Source: a virus. From it: DNA of 64,000 nucleotides. The translations under genes and the position numbers were made by a program. The notes under the pieces were generated by a model. That model had not been told where the DNA came from and ran no database searches. It worked only from the letters and a program-made list of their open reading frames with translations. Below, one piece after another: positions 35,351 through 45,400 of this stretch (within the stretch, counting starts at the first letter, position 1; each line of letters starts with the position of its first letter). Location: the IMG/VR virus record IMGVR_UViG_3300029953_000001, one strand, 5' to 3'.

Positions 35351-36658
35351 ACTGTGTGTATGGATATGAGTGCCGCAGCCAGTATAGTGTTGAATACCTT
35401 ACGTAGAGCAGGGTATGAGGGAAACCTCGTGGGGGGTTGTGTACGAGATTTAGTGTTGGGAAAAACCCCCAAGGACTTCGACGTTTCGACCAACGCACGC
35501 CCGGAGCAGGTTCAGCCTCTGTTTGAGAAAACCACTCCAGTCGGTGCCAAGTTCGGCGTCGTCGTGGTCATAGTGGACGGTCACCAGATAGAGGTTGCGA
35601 CGTACCGTGCAGATGGCGAGTACACCGATGGACGCCGCCCGGACGAAGTTCGCTACAGCGAGTCGGCTGAAGAGGATGTTCTTCGCCGCGATTTCACCAT
35701 GAACGGGCTGATGTCCCTGATACCGTTTGGCCCCGCTGGCGACCCGTCCAACTTCGTGGTTGACCACGTTGGCGGTTTGTCAGACCTGAGAGCCGGTTTG
35801 GTTCGCTGCATAGGCAACCCGGATGACCGTTTCATGGAAGACCCGGCACGCATGTTGCGTGCGGCTTCCTTCGTCGCCCGGTTGGGCTTCACTGTGGAGC
35901 AAGGTACGTTCGACGCGATAGTGCGAAATGACAGCCGGGTACGGATGGTTAGCATGGAGCGAGTTGCGGCTGAACTGAAGAAGCTGGTCGTTGGGCCGTT
36001 CGCGGTTCAGGGTCTGACTCTCTTGGCTTCTACTGGGTTGTTGACTCAGGTATTCGGACTGGGCTTCACGTCCTCTCTGAACTTCGCTTCGATGCTGGAG
36101 CGGTTCACCAAGTTCCCGACCAAAGACCCGTTGCTGGGTCTGGCGATGTTCTTTGCCGATTGTTCCAGTGACCTGCAAATGGCGATGGCTGTCAACAGCC
36201 TGAAGCTGTCGGTAGGAGAGCGGGATGTTGTCGTCAACGCTGTGGCTGAGAAGCTGGATAGAGTTCTCAACGCAGATGACGCCACCGTCAAGCGGTTCGC
36301 TCGTAAGCCGGGTGTCCTGTCGCATGGGGTTGACCTGTTCGAGCAGACTGTGAACATGACTCAGGGTAGGGACAGAGGCGGCTTGGACTTGCGTGAGACG
36401 ATGGCACGTGCGGTTCTGGTTGAACGCTTCCGGGCATTGACGCCGGAAACTGTCCGCCCGGTGCCGATGGTCATGGGACAGGATTTGATGGACATGGGCT
36501 TCAAGCCGGGGCCGATGTTCACTCGGGTCTTGTTCGCTGTGGAGACGGAGCAGTTGAACGGGAACTTTGACGAGAGACGCTTCGATTCACGGCAGGAAGC
36601 ATTGGACTTCGCACGAGGGTTCGCGATGTCGGACATGGAGTTGACGAATGGCCGATAA
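35351..36658 (+). CDS. cca: tRNA nucleotidyltransferase (CCA-adding enzyme) / poly(A) polymerase, class II
   Basis: GGCVRDLVLGKTPKDFDVST ... RDFTMNGL matches the GGxVRD...DxD...RDFTxNA head-domain signature. The start coordinate is approximate, within a few nt of 35351. Confidence 0.7.
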   Translation, partial: TVCMDMSAAASIVLNTLRRAGYEGNLVGGCVRDLVLGKTPKDFDVSTNARPEQVQPLFEKTTPVGAKFGVVVVIVDGHQIEVATYRADGEYTDGRRPDEVRYSESAEEDVLRRDFTMNGLMSLIPFGPAGDPSNFVVDHVGGLSDLRAGLVRCIGNPDDRFMEDPARMLRAASFVARLGFTVEQGTFDAIVRNDSRVRMVSMERVAAELKKLVVGPFAVQGLTLLASTGLLTQVFGLGFTSSLNFASMLERFTKFPTKDPLLGLAMFFADCSSDLQMAMAVNSLKLSVGERDVVVNAVAEKLDRVLNADDATVKRFARKPGVLSHGVDLFEQTVNMTQGRDRGGLDLRETMARAVLVERFRALTPETVRPVPMVMGQDLMDMGFKPGPMFTRVLFAVETEQLNGNFDERRFDSRQEALDFARGFAMSDMELTNGR

Positions 36659-37028
36659 GTACCCTCAGTCTGGCGACGTAGAGGGGTGGTTCGCATGGCA
36701 TCGCGAACATAACCCCAACGCAGACGAGGACGTGCGTTACTTCGATGTGCTGTGCATCTTCGAGTCGGAGTTGTGGTGCCAGCGGTCTAAGGTACGTGTT
36801 CTGCGTATCAGGAAGGCGGATACGTTGTCTGTTGAGGTTGACAGGTTGCAACGTATCCTCGCCTTCCTGAACCAGAACACGATGCACCACCGCAACCGCA
36901 CGTTCAAACAGTACCGGGACAAGCTACTGCATGGTCGTTACGTCTACGCCACGTTCAACAACATCCCGATAGATAATCCGTACGATGAAATCGAGATGGA
37001 AATTCTAAGGTGTGAGGCTACCCAATGA
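36648..37028 (+). CDS. hypothetical protein (126 aa)
   Basis: ORF with an ATGA overlap. Confidence 0.45.
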   Translation: MADKYPQSGDVEGWFAWHREHNPNADEDVRYFDVLCIFESELWCQRSKVRVLRIRKADTLSVEVDRLQRILAFLNQNTMHHRNRTFKQYRDKLLHGRYVYATFNNIPIDNPYDEIEMEILRCEATQ

Positions 37029-37309
37029 GGAAGCGTATCGACAGATTGGAGCAGACCCTGTTCGGGTGCCAGCGAAAGCTGGAACGAGCACGGGATAGAC
37101 GGCTCCGCATCCAGCGACTGTTGGAGATGGGTGAGAACGACCACCCGCTGTTCCGGGGCTTCATCGGCAAGCTGGAAGGTTGGCACCCGTCCCTCGATAA
37201 GGCACGTCACCCGAATGTTGAAGAGGCTCGTGCCTACAAGTCCACCCGCGACCCCGGCATGAGGTATCGCATCGTCAAGGAAATCCTCACGCGGAAAGTT
37301 GTTGGTTAA
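37025..37309 (+). CDS. hypothetical basic helical protein (94 aa); last gene of the plus-strand block
   Basis: ORF. Confidence 0.45.
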   Translation: MRKRIDRLEQTLFGCQRKLERARDRRLRIQRLLEMGENDHPLFRGFIGKLEGWHPSLDKARHPNVEEARAYKSTRDPGMRYRIVKEILTRKVVG

Positions 37310-37313
37310 GTAC

Positions 37314-37826
37314 CTACTTGGCAGAGCGAGAAGCTGCGGCAATGGCGGCGATACGGGCTGCGGGAATATCCTGAAGGCACGCCGCCGTCTGTGTCAGTTG
37401 GATAGCGTAGTTGGCCTCCCACGTCCCCGGCTCGACCAGAGCCTCGTACTCAAGATAGAACTCATCGTCAACGTCAACCTCTTCATCATCGTCCTCGTGC
37501 CCATACTCAGGGTCGAGATACATGGCGTCGGGTTCGACCATGAAGCCGTGGTTTCCGGCGAGACCCGGCAGGTCACCCGCCAGCTTGAGACCGGACACGT
37601 TCACCTTGAGCAGCACACTGGTCTCGTCGTGGTATGCGTCGGGCTTGATGCTCAGGTAGATGGGGTTGCAGCCGTACTTCTCGTGAGCCCACGTGCCAGC
37701 CTCAGTGAAGTTGACCTCGCTGTTTATCTTGAGCCCGTCCCGCAAGATGGCTTCAACTCGCGTCTTGTCCGTGGCGTGGTACATGATTCGCGGCTGGAGG
37801 AACTTACTCTGAAACTTCATACACAA
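37314..37826 (-). CDS. standalone ART-fold (ADP-ribosyltransferase-like) protein
   Basis: H-motif MYHATDKTRVEAILRDGLK. The block NPIYLSIKPD matches the PVYLAIKKP / PVWLSIKNP / PVYLSIKNP blocks of the ART domains in the giant proteins. Acidic C-terminus. Confidence 0.5.
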   Translation of the reverse strand: MCMKFQSKFLQPRIMYHATDKTRVEAILRDGLKINSEVNFTEAGTWAHEKYGCNPIYLSIKPDAYHDETSVLLKVNVSGLKLAGDLPGLAGNHGFMVEPDAMYLDPEYGHEDDDEEVDVDDEFYLEYEALVEPGTWEANYAIQLTQTAACLQDIPAARIAAIAAASRSAK

Positions 37827-38514
37827 CCTCGCTTGCAGGTTTGAGAATCAACTCATGGTAAAGCTTGTGGTTGACGGGTGGCTCAGGGCCGATGTAAACC
37901 GTTCGAGCCAAACGCATACGAGCCTCATGAATGAATCCGGCAGCGGGGAAAACGGTGCCTGATGTTCCAATGACAATCATCAGCGTGACCTTATCCAGTT
38001 CGGAGTCGATGCGATTCAACTCCAGCGGGGTCTCCTCGAAGAACACAATGTGGGGCCGGAGCAGAGCACCACACCACAGGCAGCGGTTCACATCTTGCAA
38101 GCTATCGTACAGAACCTTGTCGGTTACTGGGGCGGAGCACCCATCGCTGCATCGAGCCTTAGCCAACTCCCCATGCATGTGAATCATCCGCTGAGAACCA
38201 GCACGGTCGTGGAGGTCGTCCACGTTCTGCGTGCAGAGGAAGAAGCGGTCGCCCATCTTCTTCTCCAATTCAGCTAAAGCGTAGTGGGCAGGGTTAGGCA
38301 TAGCCAGAGCCGCTTCCCGGCGACGAGAGGAGTAGAAGTTCCACACCTTCCATGGGTCTCGTTCCCATGCCCCCGGTGTGCATACGTCCTCAAGCTTCTC
38401 TGTATTCCACGTCCCATCCTTGCTGCGAAACGCTGGGAGCCCACTCTCGACGCTGATACCAGCCCCGGTCAACACGAACACGTAGTCATTGGGAGATACT
38501 TTTACAGATTCCAT
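37804..38514 (-). CDS. SIR2-family NAD-dependent deacylase (sirtuin)
   Basis: GAGISVESGLPAFRS...FFLCTQNVDDLHDRAG...HMHGEL...CxxC...CxxC are classic sirtuin motifs. Start trimmed to ATG (MESVKV) at 38512-38514. Confidence 0.7.
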   Translation of the reverse strand: MESVKVSPNDYVFVLTGAGISVESGLPAFRSKDGTWNTEKLEDVCTPGAWERDPWKVWNFYSSRRREAALAMPNPAHYALAELEKKMGDRFFLCTQNVDDLHDRAGSQRMIHMHGELAKARCSDGCSAPVTDKVLYDSLQDVNRCLWCGALLRPHIVFFEETPLELNRIDSELDKVTLMIVIGTSGTVFPAAGFIHEARMRLARTVYIGPEPPVNHKLYHELILKPASEVVYEVSE

Positions 38515-38550
38515 CTTGCCATTATACAGCAACGGTGTTCTGCACTTCCA
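38515..38550 (-). promoter_or_regulatory. minus-strand promoter: GTGCAGAAC box + perfect TATAAT located 6 nt before the sirtuin ATG (leaderless)
   Basis: Minus-strand read: gtGCAGAACaccgttgctgTATAATggcaagATG. Confidence 0.45.
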
Positions 38551-38705
38551 CCTGTCCCATGGAGAACACGATGTACTCGGTCGAAGCCTGACCTGAGCCC
38601 TTACCATCGCGGATGTTATGGATGACAGCCCCATCATTACCGGTCATGTGGGCTAGTTTAGCGAGTGTGTCGGCGTCTATGGTCTGGTCTTCATAGCCAT
38701 TGAAA

Positions 38706-41288
38706 TTAAGCCCACTGAACCATCTGTTCAGGGGAGACGGCGGAGGTCTTGCCCTTGGTCAACCCCGTGCATCCACACTCAGCCGCGTTACGGCAGCTAC
38801 CATCTGGATTGTGAGCGGGGGTTGGGCACTGACATGTACCGCAGCGTTCCATGGGAGGCTTCGGTGTGCGGTCGGAGGTCTTCCCTGTGGCAAGCTCCCA
38901 GAACTTACGCAGGTCGTTGTCCGAGTTGATATACTCGTCCAGCACGTCACCATAGTGACGAGCGTAGGCAAGGGCCTCATCTATAGGCATTACCTTGACC
39001 ACCCGTGCTCCAGCCGGGTTCTCCACCCAGAACTCATTACCGAATCCACGACCCACCTGACCGTAGTTCTCGCGGGGTACCTGACTGAAGTCAATCAGGG
39101 CAGCGTAGGGGCGACTATTGCTGCGATTATCATCATGGTCGAAGTTGTAGTAACCGTCCCAGTGTTCCAGATGGGAAGTCACCATAAGGGCTCCCTTGGT
39201 CATCTGGTTGTCGGCCATGCTCGACATATCCCTTGGCCCCTTCTCCGGGTCAATGAAGAAGTTAGGGTCGGTGGTCACATGCCAGTAGTCCCCGTGCTTG
39301 ATGTCGTGGCTGAAATCCTTCTTGAACTCCTCGAAGGTGTCGCACTTCCTCGCCTCTGCCGCCAGCGGTTCAAGCTCCTGTGGAATCTTGGTCATAGGTT
39401 TGCGGCCAGCTACCTTGGTCTTATTGAGGTCGATTACATGTCGGCTCATCTTGTCATCGAAGTAAATCTTGTAGCGAGTCCGCAGACGTGCCCATGCCTT
39501 GTACGCATCCTTGGACATGCAACTGGCTGTATCCGAGTAGAAGCGAACGCACCCTCTCGCCTTTGCTATTTGAATCGCCCGGTCGTAGAGCTTCTGACCG
39601 ATACCCTGCCCCTGATAGTGTTTAGCTACCAATATCCCACGAACGAAGGCGACCTTGTATCCCCGCCCCCTTTTAACCTCGTCGCCCAGCATGATTTCAA
39701 TGGTGCCAACGTTTTCTCCGTCTATCCCTGCCTCGATGCGTACACCCGGTAGCGATGTACCTTCGAAAGAACTCTGCTCAGGGCTGATGTCACGCTCAGA
39801 CAACTCAATAGGTGCGGAGGGCTCATCGGCTCCGGTCTTCATCTGAATAACTTCAGCAGGGATTTCAGACCACCCCAGTTTCTTAGCAGCGAAGTAGCGG
39901 TGATGACCGTCTTCAATGTAATAGGCACCGTCTCCATAGTCGATGACGGTTATAGGTTCACGCAGTCCTTCCTTAGCCATAGACTGAGCGACGTGAGCTA
40001 TAATCCGTTCGTCTTGGTCTTCTCCCGCAGGAACAATCTTGTCCATGGGAATCATTACCGGCTGCATAGCAGCGGTCACACTCATGCTCTTCGGGTCAAA
40101 CTTACTGTTGCCGATAGCTGACTTGATTTGGTTCGGGAACCACGCGACGTAGTGAGTTTCATCGCCAACTTCGGCAATGATGCCATCGTATCCAGCCGCC
40201 TTACGCACAGCCTCGTTGAACTCCTTCACACTGTGACGATAGAAGTCATTAGCAAGGGTGAACAACTGGTACATGATGTCGGCGTTCCCATAGAGGCTTA
40301 CGGCCTGATTGATGACAGCGTTCTTCCCTTCAGAGTCCACATCACCAAAGTTCGTGAGAGCGTCGTCAAGCTCAGGAGACGCCATGATGATACGACGCAC
40401 CAGGGCAGTCGTCAGGTCAGGAGCCGACGCCTTATCGTTCGTGAAGTAGATTGGCTTCTTTATCGCCAGATAGACGGGCATGACGTTGCCGGCATCGCTC
40501 TGGTTTCGGCTGGTCGCGTAACCGGACGCGGTGTCCTTGTTGTTGGTGAAGTAAAAGCCGGAGCCTAGCTGGTCGTTACCCTGACCGGTGAACTCGTAGC
40601 TGAACTCCTTGATGTCAGCACCGGTGCCGTGATAGACACGCAGAGGACGGCCATGGTCATCGACCACCTTACTGCCCTTGAACCATGACATGAACGCGGG
40701 GTTCTCGGTAATGTCTCCGGGCTGGCTCATGAAGCTCTGGTCTTGCGTGGGAGCGGCTGCAATCTTGGCTCGTCCGTCATCCACCACCTGTATAGCCGCT
40801 GGGTTGAAGACGATATACTCAATTCCGCGATACGGGGACTCCTTGATTACACCGTCCGCCTCGCTCTGAAGGTTCAGGTAAGCGGAGATGACTCTTGATT
40901 TTTCGTCAAGGGCTCCATCCACATCTTCCGCGTGCTGCTCTGCCACTCGCCTATCCGTTGTGAAATACACACCCTTCGGATTCCCCGGAGCACCGCGAGG
41001 ATGTTGGGGTTCAAACTCATCGAAGTCCTTACGTGTCCCGTGATAAACCAGAACCGGCTGAGCACTCGCAGTCTTCGTACCATGCTTCTTCTGCATGTAC
41101 TCCAACGCCTTAGCTTCATTCTCAGCGTGGTCTTTACGGAACTTCTCAATCTCCTCGGGGTTGTGCAGCCATGCGTTGTCCGGGTTGTCCCAGTCCTGTT
41201 CGAGGTAACGCACCACGTCCATCCACGGTTCGTGAATGGCAAGAATCTGCGACGTGGGGATACTTCCCCGTGAGCCTAAGTTCCCCAT
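38706..41288 (-). CDS. polyvalent protein (860 aa): 2x ART-PolyVal-like + ParB-like nuclease + GNAT + Cys-rich tail
   Basis: Contains VLVYHGTRKDFDEF...GVYFT and FMSWFKGSKVVDDHGRPLRVYHGT...GFYFT...PVYLAIKKP...FPNQIKSAIGNS. ParB core: DGHHRYFAAKKLGWSEIPAEV. GNAT: HYQGQGIGQKLYDRAIQIAKARG. Confidence 0.75.
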   Translation of the reverse strand: MGNLGSRGSIPTSQILAIHEPWMDVVRYLEQDWDNPDNAWLHNPEEIEKFRKDHAENEAKALEYMQKKHGTKTASAQPVLVYHGTRKDFDEFEPQHPRGAPGNPKGVYFTTDRRVAEQHAEDVDGALDEKSRVISAYLNLQSEADGVIKESPYRGIEYIVFNPAAIQVVDDGRAKIAAAPTQDQSFMSQPGDITENPAFMSWFKGSKVVDDHGRPLRVYHGTGADIKEFSYEFTGQGNDQLGSGFYFTNNKDTASGYATSRNQSDAGNVMPVYLAIKKPIYFTNDKASAPDLTTALVRRIIMASPELDDALTNFGDVDSEGKNAVINQAVSLYGNADIMYQLFTLANDFYRHSVKEFNEAVRKAAGYDGIIAEVGDETHYVAWFPNQIKSAIGNSKFDPKSMSVTAAMQPVMIPMDKIVPAGEDQDERIIAHVAQSMAKEGLREPITVIDYGDGAYYIEDGHHRYFAAKKLGWSEIPAEVIQMKTGADEPSAPIELSERDISPEQSSFEGTSLPGVRIEAGIDGENVGTIEIMLGDEVKRGRGYKVAFVRGILVAKHYQGQGIGQKLYDRAIQIAKARGCVRFYSDTASCMSKDAYKAWARLRTRYKIYFDDKMSRHVIDLNKTKVAGRKPMTKIPQELEPLAAEARKCDTFEEFKKDFSHDIKHGDYWHVTTDPNFFIDPEKGPRDMSSMADNQMTKGALMVTSHLEHWDGYYNFDHDDNRSNSRPYAALIDFSQVPRENYGQVGRGFGNEFWVENPAGARVVKVMPIDEALAYARHYGDVLDEYINSDNDLRKFWELATGKTSDRTPKPPMERCGTCQCPTPAHNPDGSCRNAAECGCTGLTKGKTSAVSPEQMVQWA

Positions 41289-41884
41289 TGTACCCCCCGA
41301 TGGGTAAGGATGTGGTTTAGGTGGGTGTAAAATGCCACTTGTGATAATTCTCTTTTCATATAGTTACATACCTTACAGCATGAGACACAGTTTGCGTGCG
41401 TATACCCTATGCCACTATCTACTCGGTCTATACCACCATGTGTATACCGCCCGTGGTTTTTACCCTGTTCTTGATATGGAGGAACCCCACAATAATAGCA
41501 ATCACCTGTAGTAAGTAAATCGAAATCACTATTTGACAACTCCCATGGTAACCCCCGTTTACTGGCACATTTTTGATAGTCAGCTAGGACAGAATTCCTA
41601 CCTGCTCTGCCCGGAGCTAGTCTCCTTGCCTTTCCGTTTATAACGGCTTTCTCCCGACCTATGCACCCACAACTAAGACTTATAGCTGCGTTTAAAGAAT
41701 GAGCTTCTACAACTCGCTCGGTTCCACACTCACAATGGCAGAGCCACTGTAGCATAGTCTTCCCATCTTTTAGCCTTGTCGATTCGACCTGTCTAACAAC
41801 ATACCATCGCCCAACTTTACGTCCAGTTAAATCAATTGCCCTTGGCATACTACCCTCCGTATAAGGAGGGCGTAGTTGTTTCAT
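41276..41884 (-). CDS. HNH (His-Me finger) endonuclease; homing-endonuclease-like insertion between the polyvalent genes
   Basis: WLCHCECG...LSCGCIGR Zn-binding cluster and CYYCGVPP...HGGIDRVDSGIGY...NCVSCCKVCNYMK. Its 3' end overlaps the start of the 860-aa gene. Confidence 0.55.
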   Translation of the reverse strand: MKQLRPPYTEGSMPRAIDLTGRKVGRWYVVRQVESTRLKDGKTMLQWLCHCECGTERVVEAHSLNAAISLSCGCIGREKAVINGKARRLAPGRAGRNSVLADYQKCASKRGLPWELSNSDFDLLTTGDCYYCGVPPYQEQGKNHGRYTHGGIDRVDSGIGYTHANCVSCCKVCNYMKRELSQVAFYTHLNHILTHRGVQWGT

Positions 41885-41907
41885 TCACTACCGGAAATAA
41901 CCATTCA

Positions 41908-42414
41908 CTAACCAATAATGACGTGATGGTAACCTTTAGCCCACTCATCCAACATCTCTTGGCTAATCTCGTCCATCTTCTCGTACTGCCCTGTAGCCTC
42001 ATTCTTCTTATACTTGTCTGGGTAATCGGCTCTGTGGCTAATCTGGTCAACCGTAGCCCAAAACTCCACATATGGATGGTTACGCAAATCAGAAGTCGAA
42101 GGCTGACGGGTGGACGCCCAGATACCAGCGGACGGCCCTGTACCGCTCAGGTCATCTCCACGTGCCTTACTGGCATCCAGACCACTCGCACGAATGCTGT
42201 CCAAGTTCTCGGGCCGGGTGTAGTGCCACAGCCGTACCGTCCTCGGAGGGATGGGCTGAGAACCGGGGGCAGGGGGAACCTGTCCCTTCGGTTGAGGGTT
42301 GGCGGTCTTGGGCATGGTGAAACTTTCAACCTCAGTGAGGGCCGACTGTAGGTTACCGAGAGATGCTCCTTCCCAGTCAACATATTCGCCTTCCTCTTCA
42401 TCGAGGCTAACCAT
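41908..42414 (-). CDS. small ART-fold protein (DarT/PARP-like H-motif)
   Basis: RLWHYTRPENLDSIRASGLD resembles the NAD-binding H-motif of ART-fold enzymes. Acidic N-terminus. Confidence 0.35.
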   Translation of the reverse strand: MVSLDEEEGEYVDWEGASLGNLQSALTEVESFTMPKTANPQPKGQVPPAPGSQPIPPRTVRLWHYTRPENLDSIRASGLDASKARGDDLSGTGPSAGIWASTRQPSTSDLRNHPYVEFWATVDQISHRADYPDKYKKNEATGQYEKMDEISQEMLDEWAKGYHHVIIG

Positions 42415-42468
42415 GAATTCGTTCCACTCGCCCGTCGTGAGCTTAGACCACTTCTCCTGCCACCAAAT

Positions 42469-45400
42469 CTAAATATGCTGGGGTGGGATGGGTTGGGTCG
42501 TCCAATATTCACCGTTGCCGACCTCTACCTTGATTTCTGGGGGTAGCATAATACGCAAGCAAAGGGGAATACCTGAACGTCCAGTATTCTGCACCCGTTC
42601 TCCAAAAAGAATCCGGGCATAGAACATTGCGTCCTTAGGGGTGTCGGCAAGAAATACCTTACCTATGGATGTATTTCCTAAATCACCCCCCCATTGTGGC
42701 TCCTTCGACGGAAGCAATCCCTGCGTTGCAATACGATTCAACCGTTTGGATGACGTGGCATGATAGTAAGTCCTCGTCATCGCCGCCGCCTTCCGCACCA
42801 TGTAACCCAGAGCCGGGTCGTGGCCTTCCTCTTCCTCGAAGCCGTGTGACTTGTACCAGTCCTTCAGCTTGTCGCCGGAGATTCGGTCGCCTTCACCGTA
42901 GGGTGAGGCTGTGAGTTCTACGGTGACGCCGTGCTGGTCTGCGATGTTGATAATACGCTTGAGCACGATGGAGCCAACGCCGGAATTGGGTTCAACCGAA
43001 CGGATGCCACGCAGACGTAGACGACCCTCACGCTCATCCACTTCAAAGAAGAGAGCGGGTTTGCCCTGAGCGAAGAAGACACGCTCCTTCGGGTTCTCGG
43101 GGTTAGCCGGGAACTTCTGGTAGATGGCTTCAAGTGCAGGTTGTAGTCTGATGTCAGGCACATCAGTCGAACCTTCCTTGCTCATTGGGACTTGGATGTC
43201 ACGATTCGGGTTGGGCTCAGGCTCTCCCAATTGCGGAAACACGACTGAACCCTTCAACCAATTAGTCGTGTTTGTCTGAGGGTCTTCTCCCACAAAATTC
43301 AACTTGGGGTACTTGCCCACCACGCTCGTGATGTTATATGTACGACCATCGAGTTCTACCTGACGACCAACGTACTGCGAACGCCACCACAGGTCATTAT
43401 TCTTCACCGTCTCAGGGTCGAACTTATTCCAGAACGCAGTGGCTTCATCGGACAGGCAGTTCTCCGTGGGCATGAGCCTCCAGCCGCGACCGGCACACCA
43501 CTCCTTAGCGACGGTGTAAAGTTTTTGAGCTACACCTTTGCGACGGTACATGGGTTTGACATAGGACTTCCAGACGTGCGTCTCCTTGCGTTCCTTCTCT
43601 TCATCAGTGAGGCCGCTTGGAAACACAGTGACGTAGCCAATACGACGCTTGCCGATGTAAGCACAGAACGTGCCTGAGCCGTAACTGTCCTCTCGCACTT
43701 CAACCCGGTTGATGTCGAACGCACCCTTCTTACCCCTTCCATGTTCCCATGATTGGTCTACGTCCAAGTTCCCCGACATGATGACGGGCGCGGTGTCCCA
43801 CAGCTTCTGCCACTTCACAGCCATGTCACCCCAACGCAGGAACGCAGAGTCCCAGCCAACGCCAATCTTCTTGGTCTTGAAGTCGGTGTCGTTCGTCTTG
43901 ACGACTTTCCACGGGTCGGTCATTCGCTTCTCAAGCTGAGCCTTCTGAAGCGGAGTCATGGAGGCCGACCATGCGAAGTATCGCATATTGTGAGCGTCAC
44001 GCAAGCATACGAAGAATTCCTTGTTCGGGTCTGGTGCCTTGGGTGCCTTTGCTCCGGGCACAGCCACCGGCGTGCCTTCGTCCCATAGTTTCTGTAGCTG
44101 AGCCTTCATCTCCTCCCCTTGAGGATATGCCCAACCTTGTCCAATCGGCGTTCCCCGCTTCAGGTAGTTATCGTCGGTGGTGAGGAACAGCTTACCCGCA
44201 CCCGCGTTCACCTGAGACTCGGCACGGTTTCTCTGCTTCGGTGATAGCTTTACCGAAGTCGCATAGGTGAGGTTTCCCCTGAACATATTTGTAACTAAAA
44301 CATAGAATTGCTTGGTGTTTTCATCCTGAACGTAAGACTCATCCGACTTAGGTGTGATGAAGTTGGCACCAAATTCCGCGTTGAATACAGCAGCACGCTT
44401 CAGCCACTCTTCGCCATGACCGAAGTCAGAGTGGGCCTTCTGAAGAAGCCGTGCAGTTCGAGGATTCAGGAGTTTCCAATACGTCAGGTTCCAGTCGTGA
44501 TGGCACAGTTCATGAGCAACCACCCGGCGAAGGGTATTGTCGTCGTTGATGATAGACTTCTGAATCTTAATGACCGTGTTGTTTACATCCAATAAAGGAG
44601 TGTACTCGCAACGACCCAACCACCGCTTCTTCAATGTGTTGACGACTTGAATTACGGGAAGGGGAAGACCGGGAGCTATGTACTTCATGTACTCCTTGAC
44701 GATAGCCATCACCTTGGCCTCGTCGTCAGCGACCTTCGCTATCTTCGGCAGATTGTACATCTCCGACGTAACAGCGGAGGCCGGAACCTTCTCCACCTTC
44801 AGCACGGCCTTGGGATTGAACACGACAACCCACTGCTCATTCTGAAACCCCATAGACGGGCTCTCGCTGGCGGCGTCAACGTTGTGGTCTTGCAGGAATT
44901 GAAGCAGGGCCTTCCCCTTAGCACCAGCACCAGCCTCATAGTTGACCACGAGATTGATGAGAGTGCTGGCCGTGAACATATCCTTATTCATGCGAGTGCA
45001 GTTGGCACGCAAGTCAGCGGCAATATCCTTGCCCTTACCGCCTAGCCGCTTCATTGCGAACTGGATACCCTCCGCCAGAGGGATGAGCACGTCATCGGCA
45101 AAGTTGAGGTTATCCTTCACAGTGACGAGGAATGTGGAGCCGCCACCCTTGGCATACTTGCACGCACGCTGGTAGCTGGTGGTCAGGTAGAGACCCGGTC
45201 CCGCCTCATAGCGTCCCTTGGTTGGTGCTTGAATGTCGATAGGGCCGGTGATGCGTCCACCATGCCAGAGCTTGCGGAAGCCTGTACCTTCTTGAGCCGC
45301 CTTCTTTATCATGGCAGCAGGAATCTTGTCCTTGATGTAAATCTCATCAGGCTCGAAGTTGTTGTCGTAAATGCGAGTACCAGCAGGTATTGTCACAGCA

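Noticed and set aside
37314-37826. Assignment of the YHAT-motif ORFs (37314-37826, 41908-42414 and the C-terminus of the 1605-aa protein) to a specific ART family such as DarT or Tpt1.
   Set aside because: Only the generic ART-fold H-motif and the PxYLSIK block could be recognised. Distinguishing DarT, Tpt1, ART-PolyVal or RES-like families needs profile or structure comparison, so only ART-fold is claimed.
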